The position numbers and the translations under genes were made by a program. The notes under the pieces were generated by a model, which saw nothing but the letters and a program-made list of their open reading frames with translations, searched no databases and was not told the origin of the DNA. Source: a virus (Duplodnaviria; Caudoviricetes). From it: 32,322 nucleotides of DNA. The stretch is taken from positions 1-32,322 of IMG/VR virus record IMGVR_UViG_3300017785_002178, one strand, 5' to 3'. This document shows positions 10,311 through 18,771 of this stretch, one piece after another (positions within the stretch are counted from its first letter, which is position 1; the number at the start of each line of letters is the position of its first letter).

Positions 10311-10311
10311 A

Positions 10312-10341
10312 AAGTTACAATTAAATTATAAATGTATAATT
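10312..10341 (+). promoter_or_regulatory. Putative late promoter AAGTTACA-N14-GTATAATT
   Basis: Second copy of the motif, 7 nt before ATG 10349. Confidence 0.55.
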
Positions 10342-10348
10342 GATAAGT

Positions 10349-11071
10349 ATGGAAAGAAATGCAAGCGAAATATTAAAGCAGGTTAAAGAGTTCTTTAACA
10401 CACTTGTAAACCCTGTTGCTGCCGCTCCAGTAACCGCTCCAGTTGCTCCTGTAGTTCCTGCTGCTGCACCAGTAGCACCAGTTACAATGAGTACCGATTA
10501 CACGTTAAACGATGGCGTTACGATGGTAAGCATTGACAAACTCGAAGCAGGTGGAGTAGTGAAGATTAAGGACGTTAGCGGTGCGGAAGTTGCAGCACCG
10601 GCAGGAGAGCATACTTTACAGGACGGAACAGTATTAGTAGTTGCAGAGGGTGGAATAATTTCAGAAGTGAAGCCGGTAGCACCGGTAGCACCTGCACCAA
10701 TGAGCATCCAACAGATGGAAGAGTTTTCTAAGATGCAGTTTGCTGCAACTATTGAAGACAGAATAGCGGCTTTGGAAACAATGAACAAAGCCTTGATGCA
10801 GAATTGCATGGGCTATGAACTTGCCAAAGCGGCGCAAGCGGATGCAGTAGAAGCATATCGCACAAGCATCGAAGGTGTTCAGGTTGAAATGAAAGCACAC
10901 AAAGAAACATCGAACAAAGTATTAAGTGGTGTTATCGAAGTGGTTGAAGCATTATCAGCACAACCAACAGCAGTACCGGATCCGACTGTAGAAAAAAAGA
11001 ATCATTTTAAAGCGGATGTTAAACAACCATCCGAAACAATAAAAAACATTTCTAAAATCTTGTTTTCCTAA
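10349..11071 (+). CDS. Capsid scaffolding protein
   Basis: APAGEHTLQDG..LVV.EGGII motif, Pro/Ala linkers and coiled coil. Lies between protease and capsid genes. Confidence 0.7.
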   Translation: MERNASEILKQVKEFFNTLVNPVAAAPVTAPVAPVVPAAAPVAPVTMSTDYTLNDGVTMVSIDKLEAGGVVKIKDVSGAEVAAPAGEHTLQDGTVLVVAEGGIISEVKPVAPVAPAPMSIQQMEEFSKMQFAATIEDRIAALETMNKALMQNCMGYELAKAAQADAVEAYRTSIEGVQVEMKAHKETSNKVLSGVIEVVEALSAQPTAVPDPTVEKKNHFKADVKQPSETIKNISKILFS

Positions 11072-11083
11072 AATAAACTAACT

Positions 11084-12046
11084 ATGGCATTTACATTATC
11101 AGGCATTGGATCGTACACACGGCAATCGGTAGAACCGTTATTGACAGCGGCTATCTTCGGTGCAAAGACACAGGAACTTATCGCTAAGAGCGGTATCGTT
11201 TTAACAAAGGTAAAGAGTGCGGAAGCAATTCCTCTTATGGATACCGATGCGCCTTTTCAAACAGATGCTTGTGGATGGAATCCATCAGGCACAACTACCT
11301 ATTCGCAGCGTACCGTTACCGTTGGTAAAATCAAAGTGGAAGAAGCCCTTTGTTACAAGACATTGGAAACTTCCTTCATTCAGGAAGCAATGAGGGCAGG
11401 TTCTACCTATGAATCATTTGAGCCAGCAGCATGGGAAGCAGCATGGACTAATCGTAAGAACGAGCGTATTGCAAACCAACTGGAAACAGCATTATGGCAG
11501 GGTGATACAGCATCAGGAAATATGAACCTTAACAAGTTCGACGGACTTATTAAATTGATTGATGCAGGTTCACCGGTTGATGCAAACGTAAATGCTTTTA
11601 CAGGAATTGGCGTAATTAGCGGGCTTACATCAGCTAACATCATTACTGCCGTTCGTGCCGTGAAGAACGCTATCCCAGCGGCTTTGAAAGGATTAACTGA
11701 TACTGTTATCTTCATGGAGTATGCTGCATACGACATGTATGTAGATGCAGGTGTAACAGCTAATCTTTTCTCTTACAACTTCAACGACAAATCTAACTAC
11801 GGTGGGCTTACCGTACCGGGAACAGGCATCCGTATAGAAGCTGTACACGGCTTGAACGGAACAGGAGATATGTATGCAATGAGATTATCTAACGCTGCAA
11901 TTGCGGTTGATGCTGAAGGTGAAGAAGCTAATTACAAGCTTTGGTATTCAGAAGACAACAACGAAGGTCGTTTCCGTGCAGCCTTTAAATTTGGTGTGAA
12001 CGTAGCGTTTACAACCGAAGTAGTGAAGTTTAAATCAACAATCTAA
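11084..12046 (+). CDS. Major capsid protein
   Basis: 320 aa with CGWNPSGTTTYSQRTV, EEALC, IANQLETALWQGD and FDGLIK, matching the HK97-fold capsid pattern of Bacteroidota phages. Confidence 0.85.
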   Translation: MAFTLSGIGSYTRQSVEPLLTAAIFGAKTQELIAKSGIVLTKVKSAEAIPLMDTDAPFQTDACGWNPSGTTTYSQRTVTVGKIKVEEALCYKTLETSFIQEAMRAGSTYESFEPAAWEAAWTNRKNERIANQLETALWQGDTASGNMNLNKFDGLIKLIDAGSPVDANVNAFTGIGVISGLTSANIITAVRAVKNAIPAALKGLTDTVIFMEYAAYDMYVDAGVTANLFSYNFNDKSNYGGLTVPGTGIRIEAVHGLNGTGDMYAMRLSNAAIAVDAEGEEANYKLWYSEDNNEGRFRAAFKFGVNVAFTTEVVKFKSTI

Positions 12047-12048
12047 TT

Positions 12049-12570
12049 ATGCCTAATTGTTCAATAAGCTCAGGTTATGCAATTGACTGCCGTGATGCGG
12101 TAGGCGGTAACAAAGAAGTTTACATTATCGACTTCTACGATGTTACTGCCGTTGCCGAAGCAAGCGGATTAGTTACTGGAATAACTAAAGCATCGGGAAA
12201 AAGGTTTTACAAATTTGAGATACCCGAAGCCACAGCGGAAGGAAAAGACACGCCTGTAGGTAATACACAAAACGGATCACTCTTCTTCAACCATGAGTTC
12301 ACAATGGCCCTCAACAAAAGAGATGCTGCAACAAGGAATATAATACTTGTGCTTGGTAAGGCGAGGGTTATCATTGTAGCAAAGGAGTTATCAGGCAGAT
12401 GGACAATGTACGGCAAGGACAACGGCTTATGGCTTACTACCGGAGAAGGAACATCAGGGCTTGCAGGTGGCGATAGGAATGGTTACAATCTTACATTCAC
12501 AGGCGAGCAAAGAGAACCAGTACTTGAGGTAACAAATGCGGTGGGATTAGTTTTACAGACACCCGGATAA
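12049..12570 (+). CDS. Major tail tube protein (probable)
   Basis: C...GY..DCRDAVGG, NGSLFF and SG...GDRNGYNLTFTGE motifs. Follows the capsid gene and precedes a terminator. Confidence 0.65.
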   Translation: MPNCSISSGYAIDCRDAVGGNKEVYIIDFYDVTAVAEASGLVTGITKASGKRFYKFEIPEATAEGKDTPVGNTQNGSLFFNHEFTMALNKRDAATRNIILVLGKARVIIVAKELSGRWTMYGKDNGLWLTTGEGTSGLAGGDRNGYNLTFTGEQREPVLEVTNAVGLVLQTPG

Positions 12571-12588
12571 TATTTAAAACAAAAACCT

Positions 12589-12622
12589 AAAGAGGGGTGG
12601 GGATTTCCCTCACCCTTTTTTT
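12589..12622 (+). terminator. Intrinsic terminator
   Basis: GC-rich hairpin GGGTG-GGG attt CCC-T-CACCC followed by T7. Confidence 0.75.
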
Positions 12623-12976
12623 ATGCTACAAATAAATAAAGATATTACCAATACGTTACTATTCACCGCTACGGAAAGTTGTGTTCTTGTAAATCCGTAT
12701 TTTCTGTTTAAATTTACAAACAGAACAACAAATGAAATAATTTATTATGTTGCTACTGATACAAGCCTCTACAATTATAGATTCAATAAAGCCACAATAT
12801 CGGGTTCATTATTCTCTCAATACGGATATTACAATTACGAAATTTACGAGCAGTTAAGTTCAACGAATATAGACCCGACAGGTTTAAATTTAGTGGAGAG
12901 CGGTTTCATGGTTGTTGTTGGCGATTCATTCACGCCTGATGAATACGATGGTCAGGATAATACATTTGTAGTATGA
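12623..12976 (+). CDS. Hypothetical virion protein
   Basis: 117 aa, beta-rich (YNYEIYEQ...LVESG), ATGA-coupled to the portal gene. Confidence 0.55.
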   Translation: MLQINKDITNTLLFTATESCVLVNPYFLFKFTNRTTNEIIYYVATDTSLYNYRFNKATISGSLFSQYGYYNYEIYEQLSSTNIDPTGLNLVESGFMVVVGDSFTPDEYDGQDNTFVV

Positions 12977-15069
12977 TAGATTACAATCTTATACAGGTAT
13001 CATTTGCGAGGGCTGAACAGCCTGTGTTTACTGAACGTAAAGGCAGTGGCATTGTAAACTTTGGCGAAAAGAATACCTTCCCTACTTACTTAAACGACTT
13101 GTATAACGAGAGCCCAAAGCACGGGGCTATTGTGCAAAGCAAAACGACTTACATATTCGGGAATGGATTTGCAAAAATAAAATACTATAAAAATCCAAAC
13201 GATTCAGAAACGTGGAACGAATTATTAAGAAAATGTGTTTTGGATTATGAAAAGTTCGGCGGTTACTACTTACAAATAATTTGGAACAAGGGCGGAACGA
13301 TAGCAAGCATCTATCATTTGAAGTATCATAAGGTTAGAACAAATTATGATAATTCTACATTCTGGGTGAAAGATGAGTGGGATATTTACAAGCAGATTTC
13401 TGCTAAAGATAAATTAAAGGAAAGGGATTATCCTGCATTCGATGTGAACGACAAAAAAGGCTCACAGGTTCTTTTTGTTAAGAGTATCGGAGATCAGTCA
13501 GATGTTTATCCATTGCCCTCTTATTATCAGGCTTTGAATTATATTGATGCTGATAGGTTAATGGGCAGGCACGTGCTGGGGATGGCTAAGGATGGATTTG
13601 TAGCCAGCAAGCTAATAAACTTCAATGAAGGCGAACCATCACTTGAGCAGAAAAGAGAAATTGAGAAAGCGTTAGAAAAGAAATTTACAGGCAGCGAGGG
13701 TAAGAAGTTCATGGTTGCATTTAACAAGAACCCGGCAAATGCAGTAACGGTAACGGATTTGGGAACTTCGCAGCTTACAAAAGAAGACTTTACTAATATC
13801 AATTTATTAATTCAACAGGAGATTTTTGCCAGCCATAAGATTACAAGTCCTTCACTTTTTGGAATTAAAACAGAGGGGCAATTAGGTGGAAGAAGTGAAC
13901 TTAGAGATGCTTATGAGATATTTAAAAACACGTATGTAAACGAAAGGCAGCAGATACATGAAGAAGTGTTTAGCGGATTATTTTTATTGTCAGGTATCCC
14001 GGTAGAAGCAAAGATAATACCTACAGAACCGATAGGGATTGAATTAACTACTGAAATAATCACAGGGCTTGGGCTTCCAAAAAAATACTTCCTCGATAAA
14101 TTAGGCGTGAACATAGAAGACTATCCTGCAACGGTAGATGATAGTGTTATTATAAATGCGATAAATTCTTTGAGTCCGTTAGTGGCTAATAAGGTTCTTG
14201 AAAGCATGGATGCAAACGAGATAAGAGGACTTGTTAAGTTGCCTGCAAAATTAGGAGGAACTACAGGTGCCGCTCCGCTTGATGCAAACGGAAATGTAGT
14301 TACTGAAATGGTGAACGATAATCTTAAGAATTTAACGGGCAGGCAGTTCCAGAATATAACAAGAATAGTGCGCCAGTACGGTTCAGGGAAGATAACAAGA
14401 CAAATGGCGGTGGCTTCTTTGCGTTCAGGTTTTGGATTAAGCGAGCAGGATATTACAGACTTCTTAGGCGAGGAGTTACAATTCAGCGAAGATGTATTAC
14501 ATCACTTTGCTGAACATGGCGAAGACAGGAGTAATTTTATTTTGCTTCGCCAGTACGATTTGGATTCAGAAACAATACTACCGTCAGCTTTTGCGGAAGT
14601 GAATAAATTAGGATTAGACGTGTTGGGGGTTATTTCAAAAGATAAGAACGCAACACCAGAAGATATTGCAAAGACGGTAGGCAAAGATGTTGATGTTATT
14701 AATTCCGTTCTTTCTGATTTATTGACAAAGGAACTGATAACGGAATCAAACGGAGTTAGAAAACTTACAAAGCCGTTGAGTGAAATTGCGGACACTAAAA
14801 TACAAGTTTTAATAAGGTATTCGTACGAATGGAAAAGTGAAGTTCCGGTAGGCCAAAGAGATACAGCGGCACATCCTTCAAGAGAATTTTGTAAGAAGTT
14901 GATGAAGCTGAATAGATTTTACAGCAGGAAAGACATTCAGGATATTTCATTAAGGCTTGGTTATTCTGTTTTCGATAGAGCAGGTGGATGGTGGACAATG
15001 CCTAACGGTGAACATTCAGTTTCCTGCAGACATGAGTGGAAGCCTAACGTAGTTCTAAAAAAATTATAA
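12973..15069 (+). CDS. Portal protein with long C-terminal extension
   Basis: FGEKNTFP.YL..LYNESPKHGAIV..K, YPLPSY and HKITSPSLFGIK portal motifs. The C-terminus has a wHTH-like segment and SREFC...GG...CRHEW. Confidence 0.8.
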   Translation: MIDYNLIQVSFARAEQPVFTERKGSGIVNFGEKNTFPTYLNDLYNESPKHGAIVQSKTTYIFGNGFAKIKYYKNPNDSETWNELLRKCVLDYEKFGGYYLQIIWNKGGTIASIYHLKYHKVRTNYDNSTFWVKDEWDIYKQISAKDKLKERDYPAFDVNDKKGSQVLFVKSIGDQSDVYPLPSYYQALNYIDADRLMGRHVLGMAKDGFVASKLINFNEGEPSLEQKREIEKALEKKFTGSEGKKFMVAFNKNPANAVTVTDLGTSQLTKEDFTNINLLIQQEIFASHKITSPSLFGIKTEGQLGGRSELRDAYEIFKNTYVNERQQIHEEVFSGLFLLSGIPVEAKIIPTEPIGIELTTEIITGLGLPKKYFLDKLGVNIEDYPATVDDSVIINAINSLSPLVANKVLESMDANEIRGLVKLPAKLGGTTGAAPLDANGNVVTEMVNDNLKNLTGRQFQNITRIVRQYGSGKITRQMAVASLRSGFGLSEQDITDFLGEELQFSEDVLHHFAEHGEDRSNFILLRQYDLDSETILPSAFAEVNKLGLDVLGVISKDKNATPEDIAKTVGKDVDVINSVLSDLLTKELITESNGVRKLTKPLSEIADTKIQVLIRYSYEWKSEVPVGQRDTAAHPSREFCKKLMKLNRFYSRKDIQDISLRLGYSVFDRAGGWWTMPNGEHSVSCRHEWKPNVVLKKL

Positions 15070-15851
15070 TGAACGTATTATTCATAGATGAAAGCACAAT
15101 AAAGTTAAGGACAGGTATCAGCGTAGCTATTGATGGCGGTAAGCAATTACGGCCAATGATTAAGGTTGCACAGGATATTTTTCTTATGCCTGCTCTTGGA
15201 TCTACTTTGTACAAAAGATTACAGCAGGGAAAGAAAGACGGTAATCTAAATTCGAGCGAAGTAAATTTAATTGATAATTATATTACGGACTGCTTGATAT
15301 GGGCTACAATAAGCTATCTGCCTGTGTCTATGGGTTATCAGTTTTACGCCAAAGGAGCATTACAAAAAACATCAGAAGAAAGCAATGCGCCATCTAAGCA
15401 GGAACTGGACTACATCGGAACATATTATCAGGACATCGCTGAAAGCTACAAGCAGACATTAATAAATTACTTAAGGCAAAACTATACTTTGTTTGCTGAA
15501 TACAGCAGCCCCGGTACTGGATGGGATGTTGTTGAACCAATTACATTAGGTTATGAGTGCCCGATATTTTTGGAAGGTGATAAGGAATGTAAGAGCACAT
15601 CACCTGCTCCGGTTGTTAGTGTACAAAGAATTGGCAAGAGTGTTTACACGGCTATTGGCAATGAAGTTGCGTTCAATCCAACTCCATCGCTTGAAGGTAG
15701 AGTTATCTTAATAGCGACACGTGCAGGGTGGGTAAGGGAAGTTGTTGATACTGTAAACACAGACACGATGAAATTACAAATTGTTGGTAATACTGTAACG
15801 CTTCCGGACATGGCATCACCGGGAGAGAGATTTGAATTTGTTTATACTTAA
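15069..15851 (+). CDS. Head-tail adaptor-like protein with C-terminal extra domain
   Basis: LFIDE..IK, IKVAQD.FL..ALGSTLY..L and LINYL motifs, directly after the portal gene. Confidence 0.6.
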   Translation: MNVLFIDESTIKLRTGISVAIDGGKQLRPMIKVAQDIFLMPALGSTLYKRLQQGKKDGNLNSSEVNLIDNYITDCLIWATISYLPVSMGYQFYAKGALQKTSEESNAPSKQELDYIGTYYQDIAESYKQTLINYLRQNYTLFAEYSSPGTGWDVVEPITLGYECPIFLEGDKECKSTSPAPVVSVQRIGKSVYTAIGNEVAFNPTPSLEGRVILIATRAGWVREVVDTVNTDTMKLQIVGNTVTLPDMASPGERFEFVYT

Positions 15852-15917
15852 TTATGAAGAAATATCAAAAGTTTGGAAACAAGAAAATCTTTATTGATTT
15901 AGTTTTAAAAAAAGCAA

Positions 15918-16352
15918 ATGACCTACAAACAAGTAAAGCAGAATGTTCAGGCAATACTGGAAAGCCATCCGATGATAAGAAAGGTGTTGTTCAACACGCC
16001 AACGGAGTGGATTTATCAGGAGGGAAGTCCTGATTTTCCAATTGCTTTGTTTTCTATTGATGGTGGAGTTTTAGAACCGGGCTACAAAACATTCAATATT
16101 TCATTTTGGTTTCTCGACAGGTCGGGAATGGATGGGGAGTTTGAAGTAGATATTGTAAGCGATCAGGTGGAAATAGCTAATGACATTGTAGCTAAGTTAA
16201 AACAAAGCTGGATTAATAACTGGCTGATAGATGAGAATGTTAGCTTTGATGTTATCATGGAAAAATTTGAAGATTATTTGAGTGGCGTAAAATTTACAAC
16301 AACTTTAAAAATTGCAAACAATTATGACACGTGCGCTATTCCTGCTATTTAG
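15918..16352 (+). CDS. Tail terminator/head-closure-like protein
   Basis: Acidic, 144 aa, with SDQVEIANDI...EKFEDYLSG motif. The call rests on position and pattern. Confidence 0.5.
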   Translation: MTYKQVKQNVQAILESHPMIRKVLFNTPTEWIYQEGSPDFPIALFSIDGGVLEPGYKTFNISFWFLDRSGMDGEFEVDIVSDQVEIANDIVAKLKQSWINNWLIDENVSFDVIMEKFEDYLSGVKFTTTLKIANNYDTCAIPAI

Positions 16353-18393
16353 TTTAATTTCTTTTAAAGCCTTTTCGCAAACGCCTGTTGTTTATCAGGG
16401 CGTTGGGATTAGGATGAAACAGATGTGGGCTGATAGTGTGGCCCGGATTCCTTCTGATACTACTGTAAACAAAACGGGTATTGCTGTGAAGGGAACGACT
16501 TTGTATACTGGCAACGGTGTAAAGTGGACGGCAGTAACCGGTTCTGGTGGTTCGTTTACTGGAGTGGATTCTGTTGTTGTAAAGTCAAGTGGTTGTGTAG
16601 ATACTTTCTATCAATGGAAGCAGGGAGTAAGAACTTTAATTACAACAGTAGACGAGCAGAACGGATTGAACTCAGGCGGGGCAGTTACGGTAGGCGCAAA
16701 TGATACTACCTTCAACGTGGCTTCGGCGGTGTATAAGTTGGGTTGTGTTCGGTTTAGTTCTTCATCAGGCACGGTTGTACTAAACGGAAATAGCGACAGC
16801 ACACGGGGCAGATATGACGTTATAGGTGTTAATAATTCAGGGGCTATATTTGCGATTCAGGGGACGAGAGGAACGAACCCTGCTGTGCCTTCTGTCAACC
16901 CTGCAACGCAAATAGGTTTAGCAAGTGTTTACTTCCCTCCGCTTAAGGATTCAGGGATAGTGAATATCTACAACACAACGAATGTAAACGGTGTGGATTC
17001 TAACGCTATTTATCAGGTTGACGTAACGGCTGATTCGCTTTGTTTTATTTTCATTTCACTTAGGGATAGAGATACAGTTTGCACAACACAATCAGGCGGT
17101 GGAGGTTCGCAAAACCTTGACCAAACTTTAGCAATAGGTAATAATACCGATACAACGATGAATTTTGTTGATACGCTTTCAACGAGTGATACTAAGAACT
17201 TCGTAACTATCTATCCGAGAGGTTACGGGCAGACAGGCTACCCGAATGGAAGACCTTCAATGTTTAACGCATTTGGTTATGGTCGTTATTCTGGCGTAAA
17301 TGCAGATGGAAGACCTAACGTTGTTGGGTTATTGTGGGGGTATAACGGAGGCTTTAATAATCCAATTTTAGCAAATGAAGCTACATGGGGCGTAAGAACG
17401 GAAACGTGGTATCAGTTAGGAGGTATTGGGCATAGCGAGTTTCACGGTGTTATGCCTGAATTTAAAGCAATCAATGGAATATCACGAAGGCTTGGAAGTG
17501 CTTATGTAAATAATTTGACAGGTTACACAACCTATAATTTACAGATTGATAACATGAGTATTTTAAGAGGGTCAAGTGATACAGCACAACTTTCTTCATC
17601 TTTGAACAGATTACTTGTTGGAACTAAGGGTGTTGGGGATATTACTCTGAAGAATCAGGATTCAACAACAAGCAGCACACAATGGATTCTTGGACTAAAC
17701 GGAACTTCATTTAACAACAACGTTTCCGCAGGCGCACAGCCGCTTAATTACTTCACATTTAATTCAGTTGTAAGTGTTGCACCCGGCACTTCTTACGGAA
17801 GCAGCTCTACCTACACAGGACTTGTAAATACTACCGTTGCCGTTGCTAACAAGTACGGATTTTCAACAGTATCATCAGGACTAACAACACAGAACTGGGG
17901 TGGGTTATACCTTGATGGAAATACATCAGGAACGATTACAGCTATGTACGGACGCAATACAAACGCATCAGGTAAAGTAATAAGCCAACTAATATCATCA
18001 GCAGGAGGCACGGCAGAATATCAAGTAATGGAAAATACGATAGGTGTGCCGTGGAGATTGTACGGCAAAACAGGAACATTGCAGCGAGAGTTTTACATCG
18101 GCTTTGGCACTTCTACTTGGGATTCATTAATGAAGTTCAGAGGCACAGATGGCAAGGTTCAAATCAGGACTAACTTAAACGTAGGTTCTACCGATTATGC
18201 TCCTGCGTCAGCAGCACTATCAGTTACAAGCACAACACAGGGATTTCTTCCTCCTGTAATGACAGCAACACAAGGCAGCGCAATATCATCACCTGCGGAG
18301 GGATTGATAATTTATGTAACCAATACCAATGGAACATTCACAGCCAAAGGATGGTGGGGCTGGGATGGTGCTGCATGGGTCAAATTAAATTAG
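16324..18393 (+). CDS. Tail-fibre-like protein with predicted Sec signal peptide
   Basis: N-terminus MTRALFLLFSLISFKAFS|Q, Gly/Ser/Thr-rich, with SQNLDQTLAIGN and C-terminal STTQGFLPPVMT...SPAEGLIIY motifs. Confidence 0.65.
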   Translation: MTRALFLLFSLISFKAFSQTPVVYQGVGIRMKQMWADSVARIPSDTTVNKTGIAVKGTTLYTGNGVKWTAVTGSGGSFTGVDSVVVKSSGCVDTFYQWKQGVRTLITTVDEQNGLNSGGAVTVGANDTTFNVASAVYKLGCVRFSSSSGTVVLNGNSDSTRGRYDVIGVNNSGAIFAIQGTRGTNPAVPSVNPATQIGLASVYFPPLKDSGIVNIYNTTNVNGVDSNAIYQVDVTADSLCFIFISLRDRDTVCTTQSGGGGSQNLDQTLAIGNNTDTTMNFVDTLSTSDTKNFVTIYPRGYGQTGYPNGRPSMFNAFGYGRYSGVNADGRPNVVGLLWGYNGGFNNPILANEATWGVRTETWYQLGGIGHSEFHGVMPEFKAINGISRRLGSAYVNNLTGYTTYNLQIDNMSILRGSSDTAQLSSSLNRLLVGTKGVGDITLKNQDSTTSSTQWILGLNGTSFNNNVSAGAQPLNYFTFNSVVSVAPGTSYGSSSTYTGLVNTTVAVANKYGFSTVSSGLTTQNWGGLYLDGNTSGTITAMYGRNTNASGKVISQLISSAGGTAEYQVMENTIGVPWRLYGKTGTLQREFYIGFGTSTWDSLMKFRGTDGKVQIRTNLNVGSTDYAPASAALSVTSTTQGFLPPVMTATQGSAISSPAEGLIIYVTNTNGTFTAKGWWGWDGAAWVKLN

Positions 18394-18395
18394 AT

Positions 18396-18770
18396 ATGAA
18401 AAAAATATTTTTAGCAACCATGTTCCTGATATCTGGAAAATGCTTTTCGCAGGACACTCTTGAACTGCCCAAACAGCATTACGAAAAGCGAGCCAACGGG
18501 AATAGTGCGTTTGTAATTAACCCTGTAAAATTAGTTACAGGAAACTATACACTTACCGAAAACGATAACGGTGTAACCATCCACATCAGTTCAGGGAATA
18601 TTACCATTCCTGTTTTCGATAATTCTTTTGTGTGCTGGATTTTGAGAATAGGTACAACACGTCCTATCTTTACAGGGGGAATTATAAGGTCAGGCTTTAC
18701 GCCGCTTTCATCACGTTATCAATCCGTAACGGTTTCGGCATTACCAAAACAAACGGCAATAATTTATTAA
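18396..18770 (+). CDS. Small fibre-associated protein with predicted signal peptide
   Basis: N-terminus MKKIFLATMFLISGKCFS|Q and a TGNYTLTENDNG..I fibre-type motif. ATG 18396 is preferred over the track start. Confidence 0.55.
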   Translation: MKKIFLATMFLISGKCFSQDTLELPKQHYEKRANGNSAFVINPVKLVTGNYTLTENDNGVTIHISSGNITIPVFDNSFVCWILRIGTTRPIFTGGIIRSGFTPLSSRYQSVTVSALPKQTAIIY

Positions 18771-18771
18771 T

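Noticed and set aside
15854-16033. 59-aa ORF MKKYQKFGNKKIF...
   Set aside because: Two-thirds overlaps gene 15918 out of frame and it has no motif. It may be a coupling peptide but cannot be supported.
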